From a virus (lineage: Duplodnaviria; Caudoviricetes), in IMG/VR virus record IMGVR_UViG_3300036770_006786, positions 1 through 60,367 of that record: 60,367 nt of DNA; one strand, given 5' to 3'. The stretch's first letter is position 1. The number at the start of each line of letters is the position of its first letter. A program made the translations under genes and the position numbers. The notes beneath the pieces are model-generated. The model did no database searches. It was not told where the DNA came from and saw nothing but the letters and a program-made list of their open reading frames with translations. This document shows positions 29,871 to 39,142 of this stretch, piece by piece.

Positions 29871-30599
29871 ATGAAGCCCGTATTGATACTCCAGCACCAG
29901 ATCCCAGAACATGCAGCCTATCTCACCACTTGGTTAGATCGCCACGGCATACACTATGAGGTCTATAATGCCGGTACTGGCGAAGAGTTTCCGCAATCGA
30001 TAGAACCCTATAGTGCCATGGCCGTGATGGGCGGCGGCATGAGTTCAAATGATCCCTTACTCAGCAACCGACAGACAGAGATCTTGATCCTGCAGGCCGT
30101 GTTGAAGGACATACCCGTGATCGGACACTGCTTGGGTGGGCAACTCATGAGCCGTGCGTTGGGGGCGAAAATCGGGGCCAGCCCCCAGCCCGAAATCGGC
30201 TGGCAGCCCATAGACTACACCGCAGATCCTGCAGTTCAAAAGTGGTTTGGCCTTGATCCCACTCCTATGGTGATACAGTGGCATTATGAATCGTTTGGCA
30301 TACCCGAAGGCGCCACTCTATTGGCATCCAGCGATGCCTGTACTAATCAAGCCTGGGCGATGGGCCCACATCTGGCCATGCAGTTCCATATAGAGATGGA
30401 TCAAGACAAAGCCAAAGCCTGGGCCGATGATGAAGATCCGCTGTGGGCAGCGGCAAGGACAAACTATGCTACAGTACAGGATCGCGAAGGAATCCTAGCG
30501 GGCATAGAACCCTATCTCTTACAGCACCAGCGCACAGCAGATCATATCTATAATCAGTGGTTGAGTACCACAGAGTGGGCAGTAGAATGCCAAAATTGA
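29871..30599 (+). CDS. Class I glutamine amidotransferase-like (free-standing) enzyme
   Basis: VMGGGMS, GHCLGGQL nucleophile elbow, EIGW, QWH.E.F, QFHIE (Cys-His-Glu triad). Confidence 0.9.
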   Translation: MKPVLILQHQIPEHAAYLTTWLDRHGIHYEVYNAGTGEEFPQSIEPYSAMAVMGGGMSSNDPLLSNRQTEILILQAVLKDIPVIGHCLGGQLMSRALGAKIGASPQPEIGWQPIDYTADPAVQKWFGLDPTPMVIQWHYESFGIPEGATLLASSDACTNQAWAMGPHLAMQFHIEMDQDKAKAWADDEDPLWAAARTNYATVQDREGILAGIEPYLLQHQRTADHIYNQWLSTTEWAVECQN

Positions 30600-30612
30600 T
30601 AAGTACATTGAT

Positions 30613-30987
30613 ATGAGAGCCCAGGAATTCATTACAGAACAGAGAGCAGTACTAGATCCAAGTCAGCGTGCGGCTCTGGCCAATACCTATATCATTCCGG
30701 GACTTCCTAGCGAAGATCCTTACAAGACCTACAGATTTGGCATGGCCCTGGCCCGTGCTCGTAGCATAGGAAATGAACTAGATCTCCCGGAGTTTGCGGA
30801 AGAAGGTGCGTTTGGCGAATTAGCTGTGATATCGGGTTCGGAAAATGTAGATGAATTGATAGATCGCGCTCTCAAACTGGCTGGAATCAAAGGTGGCAAG
30901 AAACTGATAGGCAGCAAAGTAAGCCACGAAGTTGAAGGTACAAACAAGACCAGTCCTGTAAAAGCATTCAAGGGTTATCCAAGATAA
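30613..30987 (+). CDS. GYPR-tail paralog 3
   Basis: MRAQEFITE...TSPVKAFKGYPR; TAAGTA 7 nt before ATG. Confidence 0.75.
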   Translation: MRAQEFITEQRAVLDPSQRAALANTYIIPGLPSEDPYKTYRFGMALARARSIGNELDLPEFAEEGAFGELAVISGSENVDELIDRALKLAGIKGGKKLIGSKVSHEVEGTNKTSPVKAFKGYPR

Positions 30988-31286
30988 TGGCAAATCCTCC
31001 ACCACCATACGCAGACCTCACTGGTATCAGTCGCACAGTGATGAAAGACAATGCGCAGGAAAGCATAGCCAACTATTCAGGCAACGCTCGTCCTGCTGAA
31101 ATGACAGTAAATATCAATACCAACGAGATATACATTGGCAATGCCAGTGGGGCATTGACCAAAGTGATACAGTCAACAGGAGCAAATGTATTCTTGGGCA
31201 ACGTCCGGGTGGTCAATGACACTACAGGACTGAACCAATTGTATTTTGACCCTGCTACCGGAGAGATAGTTTACTATCAACCTTGA
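30987..31286 (+). CDS. Small putative structural protein
   Basis: 99 aa; RPAEMTVN..T.EIYIG and LYFDPATGEIVY fibre-type motifs. Confidence 0.55.
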   Translation: MANPPPPYADLTGISRTVMKDNAQESIANYSGNARPAEMTVNINTNEIYIGNASGALTKVIQSTGANVFLGNVRVVNDTTGLNQLYFDPATGEIVYYQP

Positions 31287-31294
31287 GATAAGAC

Positions 31295-32815
31295 ATGGCC
31301 GAACCAAATCCAGCAAACGTCGCACCGTGGTACCTGCGTAATATAACGCAGGCGCTGGCGCTTGATTCAGCCACGGGCAATGTGTATGTGCGTACTGATG
31401 CACAGTTCAATATCTCCAACGCCAACATTACCGTAGGCAACGTGGGAGTGACCAGTCTTGGCAACGTGGATGTGTCGGGCACAGAATTACCAGTCACGAT
31501 AGAATCTGGCAACATCACTGTGTATCAAGGTACAGATCCTTGGGTGGTTTCTGGCAACGTCAACGCCAACATCACAGGTGGGTCAGTCAATGCCAACATC
31601 ACAGGCGGCAATGTCACTACCAGTTTCAATCCCACGCTGATAGATGCCTTTAGTCGCTTGCGTGTATCAAATCCTCTTACCTTGTTTGATACCCGTGCCA
31701 TGTATTACGATCATGGGCAGTTTGCCAGCAACTTGGTAGCAAGTGGAAATGTGGTCTACAATGCTAACTCCAGCACCTATCTCATGAGCGTGACTGCTAA
31801 CAATGATGCTGTGTATCGTGAGACTGTGAAAACATTCGTGTATCAGCCGGGCAAGAGCCTGCTGGTGCTCAATACATTCTGCGGCAACACTCCCGCCGCA
31901 GGACTTGTACAGCGTGTGGGCTACTTCAACGACGAGAACGGCATCTACTTTGAAATCAACGGTACCACCAAGAACATGGTTATTCGTAGTAGCAGCACCG
32001 GATCTTTGACTTATGAAACCGTACCACAAAGTTCCTGGAATGGCGATCGACTGGATGGGTCCGGTGGTGCTAATAATCCATCAGGTATCACACTCAACGT
32101 AGACAGAGATCAGATCTTCTGGATGGACATAGAATGGCTGGGCGTGGGATCAGTACGCACTGGTTTCGTGATCAATGGTCAGTTTATCATCTGTCATACT
32201 TTCAACCATGCCAACCAAAGCGGCAATGTCACCACTTACATGGGCACGGCCAACTTGCCTTGCCGATATGAATTGATCAGCACAGGACCCGCTGGTAATC
32301 TACGCCAGATCTGTAGCACAGTGATCTCTGAAGGTGGTTATACTCTCACAGGTGTAGCCAAGAGTGCAGGACATACTTTTGCCGAAGATATCAGTTTACC
32401 CAACGACGACAGTTTTGTTCCTGTGTTTGCTATCCGTCTCAAGAGCACCATGCCCGATGCTGTTGTGATACCCACCACCTGGAGCTTGTCAGTGAGTTCG
32501 AATGATCTCTATGCTTGGAAAGTGTATCGCAGGGCCGTGACATCGGGTGGATCTTGGACGTCAGCAGGATCTGATAGCCCAGTGGAATACAACATAGCAC
32601 CCACGGCTCTAGTTAGCGGTGATTTGGTAGATCAAGGCTACATCCGTGCATCAAATCAAAGTGTAAGCTCACCGCAGAATCAAGAACTAACATTTGAAAA
32701 TCAACTGATCCGTGATCCTTTCACTGCTACCTTCTATGAATTTGTGATCATGGCCGCCACAGACGGCACCAATCAAACAGCGTTGGCCGCAGTTCAGTGG
32801 CAACAAATAACCTAA
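31295..32815 (+). CDS. Putative virion protein with lectin/ConA-like C-terminal domain
   Basis: 506 aa; ANITGG repeats then DAFSRLRVS..YQPGKS..D.EWLGVG.VR.GF domain. Confidence 0.6.
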   Translation: MAEPNPANVAPWYLRNITQALALDSATGNVYVRTDAQFNISNANITVGNVGVTSLGNVDVSGTELPVTIESGNITVYQGTDPWVVSGNVNANITGGSVNANITGGNVTTSFNPTLIDAFSRLRVSNPLTLFDTRAMYYDHGQFASNLVASGNVVYNANSSTYLMSVTANNDAVYRETVKTFVYQPGKSLLVLNTFCGNTPAAGLVQRVGYFNDENGIYFEINGTTKNMVIRSSSTGSLTYETVPQSSWNGDRLDGSGGANNPSGITLNVDRDQIFWMDIEWLGVGSVRTGFVINGQFIICHTFNHANQSGNVTTYMGTANLPCRYELISTGPAGNLRQICSTVISEGGYTLTGVAKSAGHTFAEDISLPNDDSFVPVFAIRLKSTMPDAVVIPTTWSLSVSSNDLYAWKVYRRAVTSGGSWTSAGSDSPVEYNIAPTALVSGDLVDQGYIRASNQSVSSPQNQELTFENQLIRDPFTATFYEFVIMAATDGTNQTALAAVQWQQIT

Positions 32816-32823
32816 GGAACAAC

Positions 32824-33270
32824 ATGAAAAAAATAATCGCTACTGTAATCGCTATATTTGCTATGATGGGCTCTGCCTATGCGCAGAAGATGCCCAAGAA
32901 TTCAGCTACCTATGATGCACAAGTACTGCGTGTAAGCGACGGTGATACCATCGTGATAGCCGCACCATTCCTGCCAGCACCCTTGAAGCCCGAACTGGCC
33001 GTGAGGATCTATGGTGTGGACACTCCGGAAAAAGGTCATCGTGCCCAGTGTGCCCAAGAGAATGAGCGTGCGCTGATGGCCAGCCAATGGACCACACAGC
33101 TGATCAAGCAAGGCGGCAAGATCCAAGTCACACTGTATGGTTGGGACAAGTTTGGTGGTCGCGTATTAGGTGATATCATCGTGAACGGCCAGAGCGTGCG
33201 TGCTGGATTGATCCAAAACGGACTCGCTCGTGAATACTACGGTGATGCCAAACAGAGCTGGTGCCAATGA
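32824..33270 (+). CDS. Thermonuclease (SNase-like) with signal peptide
   Basis: MKKIIATVIAIFAMMGSAYA signal; VSDGDT, RIYGVDTPE, DKFGGRVLG, LIQNGLA. Confidence 0.9.
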   Translation: MKKIIATVIAIFAMMGSAYAQKMPKNSATYDAQVLRVSDGDTIVIAAPFLPAPLKPELAVRIYGVDTPEKGHRAQCAQENERALMASQWTTQLIKQGGKIQVTLYGWDKFGGRVLGDIIVNGQSVRAGLIQNGLAREYYGDAKQSWCQ

Positions 33271-33485
33271 CCGCAGATGAACTGCGACGGCTCGCTGGCG
33301 TAGGAGTCTATAACAAAAGCAACCTGCCTGCGATGGCAGGTTCTAATATCAGCATCACCGGAACGGAAAAAGCCCAGCTGATGAAGAAACACAACATCCA
33401 ACCCGGCACACAGGAATGGTTCCAGTTATGGTTTTCTAAGCCTTACCTGACTGGAGAACCTCCGGTTCGATCCCGAGATAAGTAG
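33267..33485 (+). CDS. Small hypothetical protein
   Basis: ATGA overlap; DELRRLAGV and IQPGTQEWFQLWFSKPYLTGE. Confidence 0.65.
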   Translation: MTADELRRLAGVGVYNKSNLPAMAGSNISITGTEKAQLMKKHNIQPGTQEWFQLWFSKPYLTGEPPVRSRDK

Positions 33486-33978
33486 CCCAACTGGGATGGC
33501 GCAGATTGGTATAAGTCTGGCGAACCGAACTCACTAGATTCCAATATCCAGGTTTGTAAGGTTTGCGTATAGGTCTCCATATCTTGCTGCCTTTTTCAGA
33601 ATTACAATCTTTGCAGGCTGTCACACAGTTTTCCCACGATGTGATACCACCTTGGCTGCGAGGCAACACATGATCTATAGTGAGATCTTTTGACCCCATG
33701 GTTTCGTTACAGTACTGACAAGTGAACAAGTCGCGCAAGTAGAGATTCTGACGACTGAATCGCATCAGTCCATTCTTACCAAAACCACGACGGGTCACAG
33801 CCACAGCAGGTATGCGCATCTCCAATTTGGAACTGCGCACAGTCCAGTCATCATACCATTCTAACACTTGGATTTTGTCCAGGAAGAACAGCTTTACTGC
33901 GGTCTGCCAGTCTATGGTCGATAGCGGCAAGTAGTTGACCGGTTGATAGTCCGGTGCTAATATAAGTGTATCGCTCAT
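33436..33978 (-). CDS. HNH endonuclease (McrA-like)
   Basis: RDLFTCQYC..LTIDHVLPRSQGG..SWENCVTACKDCN..KG; TATAAATA 6 nt before ATG. Confidence 0.9.
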   Translation of the reverse strand: MSDTLILAPDYQPVNYLPLSTIDWQTAVKLFFLDKIQVLEWYDDWTVRSSKLEMRIPAVAVTRRGFGKNGLMRFSRQNLYLRDLFTCQYCNETMGSKDLTIDHVLPRSQGGITSWENCVTACKDCNSEKGSKIWRPIRKPYKPGYWNLVSSVRQTYTNLRHPSWATYLGIEPEVLQSGKA

Positions 33979-34019
33979 TTTAGATATTTATAGGGTCAGT
34001 TGCTCAGGTAAGTAACAAC

Positions 34020-35585
34020 ATGTCAAAGAGTCTCGAAGGCGTACTGGTCAAAGCACCACATCGTCGCCATCCTTATACTGATGAACAGATTGAAGAATTT
34101 GTGCTCTGTGCAGATCCAGACACGGGTCCACAGTATTTCATGAGCCATTTCTTTTATATCCAACATCCGTTGCATGGAAAGATGCTGTATCAACCCTATG
34201 AATTCCAAGACCGCCTGATCGAAACCTATCACAATTATAGATTCTCTATATCAATGATGCCTAGGCAAACGGGTAAATCTACGTCGGCTGCGGGCTATTT
34301 GCTATGGTATGCCATGTTCGTTCCGGACAGCACCATCCTAGTGGCCGCACACAAGTTCCTAGGTGCGCAAGAGATCATGCAACGTGTGAGATATGCCTAT
34401 GAGTCTTGTCCAGATCACATCAGAGCAGGTGTTGTGAGCTACAACAAAGGTAGCATAGAGTTTGACAACGGAAGCCGTATAGTCAGCCAGACCACAACTG
34501 AAAACACAGGCCGGGGTATGTCTATCACGCTCTTATACTGTGACGAGTTTGCGTTCGTGAGGCCTACCATAGCTCGAGAGTTCTGGACTTCCATCACACC
34601 TACCTTGGCCACTGGTGGTAAAGCCATCATCACATCCACTCCCAACTCAGACGAAGATCAGTTTGCGTTGATCTGGAAAGGTGCCAACAAGCTGGAAGAC
34701 GAGTATGGTAATCCTACAGAGCTGGGCGTGAATGGATTCCGTGCGTTCCGTGCTTTCTGGAAGGAGCATCCGGATCGAGGTGAATCTTGGGCCAATCAAC
34801 AACGTCAGATCTTAGGAGAAGATCGATTCCGGCGAGAGATGGACTGCGAGTTTATCATCAACGATGAGACCTTGATCGCTCCTGCCAAACTGATAGATCT
34901 ACAGTCTACTGATCCCATCTACAAAACTGGTCAGGTGCGCTGGTTCCGTGCTCCACAGTCCGGTCGCATCTACACAGTGGCGCTTGATCCCAGCTTGGGA
35001 ACAGGAGGAGATCCTGCTGCCATACAGATATTCGAAGCCAATACCACTGAACAGATCGGCGAATGGCGACACAATCGTACCACCATTCCTGAACAGGTGC
35101 GTATCTTGGCCGACATCTGCCGGCACATCAATGACACAGTGAAAGATTCCAAGAGCATCTACTACACAGTGGAAAACAATACCATTGGTGAAGCAGCCCT
35201 GATATCTATCGCAGAGTACGGAGAAGAAAACATACAGGGCTATTTTCTCAGCGAGCCCGGAGGCGGATCTGGACGCCGCTACCGCAAAGGTTTCAATACC
35301 ACACACAAGCCCAAACTAGCGGCCTGCGCCAAACTGAAAAATCTCCTTGAAACCGGGCGCATGACTATACATTCTGCCAGCTTGGTTTCAGAGCTCAAAA
35401 CATTCGTGGCGCACGGTACCAGCTATGCTGCCAAACCCGGAGAAACCGACGATCTAGTGATGGCCACTGTGCTGGCCATACGCATGATGCAGATCCTGCA
35501 GAGCTACCACTCAGAACTAGACACACAACTACGCGATCATGCGGACAACACCATAGAACCCATGCCCTTCGTAGCGATGTTCTAA
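34020..35585 (+). CDS. gp17: Terminase large subunit (T4 gp17-like)
   Basis: PRQTGKST Walker A, LYCDEFAF Walker B, ITSTPN, nuclease DPS.G.GGD and DDLVMA. Confidence 0.95.
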   Translation: MSKSLEGVLVKAPHRRHPYTDEQIEEFVLCADPDTGPQYFMSHFFYIQHPLHGKMLYQPYEFQDRLIETYHNYRFSISMMPRQTGKSTSAAGYLLWYAMFVPDSTILVAAHKFLGAQEIMQRVRYAYESCPDHIRAGVVSYNKGSIEFDNGSRIVSQTTTENTGRGMSITLLYCDEFAFVRPTIAREFWTSITPTLATGGKAIITSTPNSDEDQFALIWKGANKLEDEYGNPTELGVNGFRAFRAFWKEHPDRGESWANQQRQILGEDRFRREMDCEFIINDETLIAPAKLIDLQSTDPIYKTGQVRWFRAPQSGRIYTVALDPSLGTGGDPAAIQIFEANTTEQIGEWRHNRTTIPEQVRILADICRHINDTVKDSKSIYYTVENNTIGEAALISIAEYGEENIQGYFLSEPGGGSGRRYRKGFNTTHKPKLAACAKLKNLLETGRMTIHSASLVSELKTFVAHGTSYAAKPGETDDLVMATVLAIRMMQILQSYHSELDTQLRDHADNTIEPMPFVAMF

Positions 35586-35598
35586 TAAATACACGACT

Positions 35599-36873
35599 AT
35601 GAGCCAATCTAATACCGCCAGCCAACAGTTATACGACCTGCTAGTCTCTCGTGATTTTGACCCAGAAGCCCTGGATGCTTCGGGCAAACCCGCTGCAGAT
35701 CCGGGTTCAGCTGATATCATCAGCTTCGATTACAACACACCCAACCGAGACTATGGCACGGTCGTGATAGTGCTGGACGATGAGAACAATCTAGATCTTT
35801 ACTTTGGCGATAACATGGGTCGCACCATGGAAACGGATGACAAAAAAGATTGGTATGATTTCTTGTACCTCATCCGTATGTTCGCCAAGCGCAATCTGCT
35901 GACATTTGGTATCCAGAATCTCAGCAGACTGAAGTTCAACATGAAGACCATGGCCGCGATCAAAGAAAGTTTATTCGAAGGCTACTATGGCAACCGGCGT
36001 ACCTCCTACAGCGACCAACCGCTGAAAACACGATTGAAGATACGCCACAGCAGAGATCTTGGTGAAGGTGATGCACGCTATCGTGCCATAGAGAGCCTAT
36101 TCGTGGAAACAGCCGATGGGGAAGTGTTCCGTGTGCCCAGCCGCAGTCTCACGCATGGACGTATGCTGGCCCGGCACATAGCCGAAGGTGGCAATCCCTA
36201 TGACGCATTTGGTCAGCACATCAACGAAATCATCTCTGAGATGGGCACTTTGGCAAAGTTCGTGCGTGCCGCCCGCAACAAATCATATGATGGTCCGGCC
36301 GCCCACATGGTAGAGTCCGCTATCCGTCATTATGCCGATCTCAAAGCCAAGGCCAAACGCATGATCAGCCGGCGTGGTTATCACGAAGCCAGAGACTCGT
36401 TTGATCCTGCAGAGATCACCAGCACCGACGAAGCAGTGGAAACCATACGTGAGCTGTTTATGCAACAGACACTGGATCCCAGGGTAGAACAGGCCTTGCC
36501 AATCTTGGCCAAACTCAAAGAAAATGAAATCACAGAAGCCGATATGTTTGAGCAGTGGGCTTCTCAGATCGCCGAAGGCACTTGGGCATTGCCCGACACA
36601 CCAGAAAAAGCCGAACGCCTACAGGCGTTGATGGCCCAAGAATTGGTAGTAGGACCTGATGGTACCAATGCCGAAGAACAACTGTATGATCTGGTAGGCG
36701 ATGATGAACTGTTCGACATCCTAGGTGATATATCGATGATCGATCCCGATGCCAATGCCTGGGCAGATCCTCGTGTACAAAAGAGACTGCGTGAGCTAGG
36801 TGTACCCGCTCCGGAGATAAACCTCCGGGCCAACACCGATAGAGAGTTTGATCAGTCCGCCCAGCCTGCATGA
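35599..36873 (+). CDS. Hypothetical late protein
   Basis: 424-aa ORF with TAAATA 7 nt upstream; no motif recognised. Confidence 0.7.
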   Translation: MSQSNTASQQLYDLLVSRDFDPEALDASGKPAADPGSADIISFDYNTPNRDYGTVVIVLDDENNLDLYFGDNMGRTMETDDKKDWYDFLYLIRMFAKRNLLTFGIQNLSRLKFNMKTMAAIKESLFEGYYGNRRTSYSDQPLKTRLKIRHSRDLGEGDARYRAIESLFVETADGEVFRVPSRSLTHGRMLARHIAEGGNPYDAFGQHINEIISEMGTLAKFVRAARNKSYDGPAAHMVESAIRHYADLKAKAKRMISRRGYHEARDSFDPAEITSTDEAVETIRELFMQQTLDPRVEQALPILAKLKENEITEADMFEQWASQIAEGTWALPDTPEKAERLQALMAQELVVGPDGTNAEEQLYDLVGDDELFDILGDISMIDPDANAWADPRVQKRLRELGVPAPEINLRANTDREFDQSAQPA

Positions 36874-37433
36874 TCACGACCAACGTACCAGGCCAGCTCT
36901 GGACAGCAAAAAACTTTTTTTCTCCTGATCAATTCCGCGATATTAGAAATCTCTATCGCAAAACCCGCATCAAAATGAGCATGACCTATGATGATCGCAT
37001 ATTGACATCTTGGTCGGACAGTCCAGAACTGCAGGAGATAGTGCGATCAGAACAGTCGCGCATCGAAGATATAACCAAACAAAAATTAGCACCTCAGGTA
37101 GCTTATGCCAGCATAGATCTATCCGGCAGCTCCATCATGATGCACAGACTACATCCAGACATATTTGTGCAAGTACAGATAGCATTGTCAGATGCACCAG
37201 ATGTGCGCATGGAGTTCGCGTTCTGCGTGAATGCCCAGGTCAATCAAGAATCAGAAATTGATTACAAACCCATCAGAACGATCACCCGCCACGATGTGGA
37301 ATTGGTTCCCTATGAACCCAATACTGCTTCCATATATGTGAATGAGCCTCGAGGCTTTTGCGGAATGCTGGGCCGCGTGCCAGCCAATTCCGTAAGAGAA
37401 GTCTTGGTATTGAGTTATATTCGAGCGTATTGA
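36870..37433 (+). CDS. 2OG-Fe(II) oxygenase-fold protein, degenerate metal ligands
   Basis: Aligns by eye with the convergent neighbour (D..G..IMMHRL..I.VQVQI, YEPN...I.VN, R) but lacks HxD and the distal His. Confidence 0.5.
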   Translation: MITTNVPGQLWTAKNFFSPDQFRDIRNLYRKTRIKMSMTYDDRILTSWSDSPELQEIVRSEQSRIEDITKQKLAPQVAYASIDLSGSSIMMHRLHPDIFVQVQIALSDAPDVRMEFAFCVNAQVNQESEIDYKPIRTITRHDVELVPYEPNTASIYVNEPRGFCGMLGRVPANSVREVLVLSYIRAY

Positions 37434-37963
37434 AACATCACGCTGGTGCGTATGGCATGGCCGCCATAGACCCAATGTTTTTTGAGATCTGAATTGATGT
37501 TTATGTACCCGTGGTTAGGTTTGAAATCTACCAGATACGGTGGATCCACATGCAAAAACTCCGCACCCACGCAAGGTACGTCAGCTCCAGGACTGGTATA
37601 GATATAGATCTGATAGTTCACATAGAGATCTGGTGCGTCGCTATGTATCTGGCAACCGAACTGAGGTAGATCTAACCAAAACTTTGCTTCAACAAAATTG
37701 AGTTCGCAACCGGATAGTTGTGAAAGAGCCGGAATTTGTTCCACTCCAATCTCATTCAGCCGGGCTTGATCGTGCATGTTGTATTTGAGTTGCAATCGCT
37801 TTTTCAACGCACCTGCTACAAATTCATTGCCTTCGGCTTCGACGATTCCAGAGAGCCACTCAAATGTCTTTGAATCAAAACACGAGTCTACTATCCATAA
37901 GTTAGGAGCGACTAGCTCAGCTGAAGAAAGAGTGTCATAAAGTTTGACTTGTTGTGATATCAT
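37415..37963 (-). CDS. 2OG-Fe(II) oxygenase-like protein
   Basis: WLDLPQFGCQIHSD..V.YQIYI, FKPNHGYI..N...KHWV....RTS (HxD..H..RxS). Confidence 0.65.
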   Translation of the reverse strand: MISQQVKLYDTLSSAELVAPNLWIVDSCFDSKTFEWLSGIVEAEGNEFVAGALKKRLQLKYNMHDQARLNEIGVEQIPALSQLSGCELNFVEAKFWLDLPQFGCQIHSDAPDLYVNYQIYIYTSPGADVPCVGAEFLHVDPPYLVDFKPNHGYININSDLKKHWVYGGHAIRTSVMFQYARI

Positions 37964-37971
37964 GCTATAAT
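37944..37971 (+). promoter_or_regulatory. sigma70-like promoter upstream of gp32
   Basis: TTGACT, 16 bp, TGcTATAAT extended -10; a TAAATA also lies at 38041. Confidence 0.55.
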
Positions 37972-38122
37972 ATACTTGTGCTGATATTTAAACATCTTTT
38001 AGAAATGGCAAAATTATCTTGCCTTTCTGATCGACTGTGCTAAATATCTTTGCTACACTCAGTAGGGTGTATGCAAGGCATATATAGGCAATTTACAATT
38101 TCTTGAAAGGACAATTTCTATT

Positions 38123-39127
38123 ATGGCATCTTTAGCAGAAATCCGCGCTCGACTGCAAGCCGCAGAGTCGAACAAAGGCGGTAATCAACAATCAGGCGGC
38201 GACAACGCAATTTATCCCCACTGGAACATCGACGAAGGACAGAGTGCAACACTCCGTTTCCTCCCCGATGGCGATTCAAAGAACACATTCTTTTGGGTCG
38301 AGCGGGCGATGATCAAACTGCCGTTCAATGGCATCAAAGGTGAGATGGACTCCAAACAGGTGCAAGTACAAGTGCCCTGCGTGGAAATGTGGGGAGAGGC
38401 TTGTCCGATCCTGGCAGAAGTCCGCACCTGGTTCAAAGACAAAAGTCTCGAGGACATGGGTCGTAAGTATTGGAAGAAGCGTAGCTACATCATGCAAGGC
38501 TTCGTTCGCGAGAATCCTCTCAGCGATGACAAGACTCCCGAAAACCCAATCCGTCGATTCATCATCGGTCCCCAGATCTTCCAAACAATCAAATCCGCAC
38601 TGATGGATCCTGAATTGGAAGAACTGCCAACCGATCTCATGCGTGGTCTGGACTTCCGTATCACCAAGACATCAAAAGGTGGATATGCAGACTACTCAAC
38701 CTCCAAATGGGCTCGTAAGGAAAGTGCATTGACTGAAGAAGAGCAGGCCGCGATCGAGGCTCATGGCTTGTTCAAGCTCTCTGACTTCCTTCCTAAGAAA
38801 CCAAGTGAAGCCGAACTGAAAGTAATGAAAGAAATGTTTGAAGCTTCAGTTGATGGTCAACCTTACGATCCCGACCGTTGGGGTGCTTACTTTCGCCCAG
38901 CAGGCGTAGCGGCTCCGGCCGGTTCTTCCACAGGTGGCTCTGCAAGTGCTGCCGAGGAGGCCGCACCTGCTCCGGTAGCAAAGGCAGCGCCTGTTTCTAC
39001 AAGCTCGTTTGACGACGAAGATGAAGTGGCCGCACCCACTGCACCTGTAGCAAAACCTGCCGCAGGTGGTAATCAGAATGCTCAAGACATTCTGGCTATG
39101 ATCCGCGCTCGTCAGAACAAGCAGTAA
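38123..39127 (+). CDS. gp32: Single-stranded DNA-binding protein (T4 gp32-like)
   Basis: ATLRFLPDG, VPCVEMWGEACPI, YWKKRSY, IRRFIIGPQIF, GLDFRITK..KGGYADYSTS, acidic tail. Confidence 0.9.
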   Translation: MASLAEIRARLQAAESNKGGNQQSGGDNAIYPHWNIDEGQSATLRFLPDGDSKNTFFWVERAMIKLPFNGIKGEMDSKQVQVQVPCVEMWGEACPILAEVRTWFKDKSLEDMGRKYWKKRSYIMQGFVRENPLSDDKTPENPIRRFIIGPQIFQTIKSALMDPELEELPTDLMRGLDFRITKTSKGGYADYSTSKWARKESALTEEEQAAIEAHGLFKLSDFLPKKPSEAELKVMKEMFEASVDGQPYDPDRWGAYFRPAGVAAPAGSSTGGSASAAEEAAPAPVAKAAPVSTSSFDDEDEVAAPTAPVAKPAAGGNQNAQDILAMIRARQNKQ

Positions 39128-39142
39128 TATATACGAGCATAT

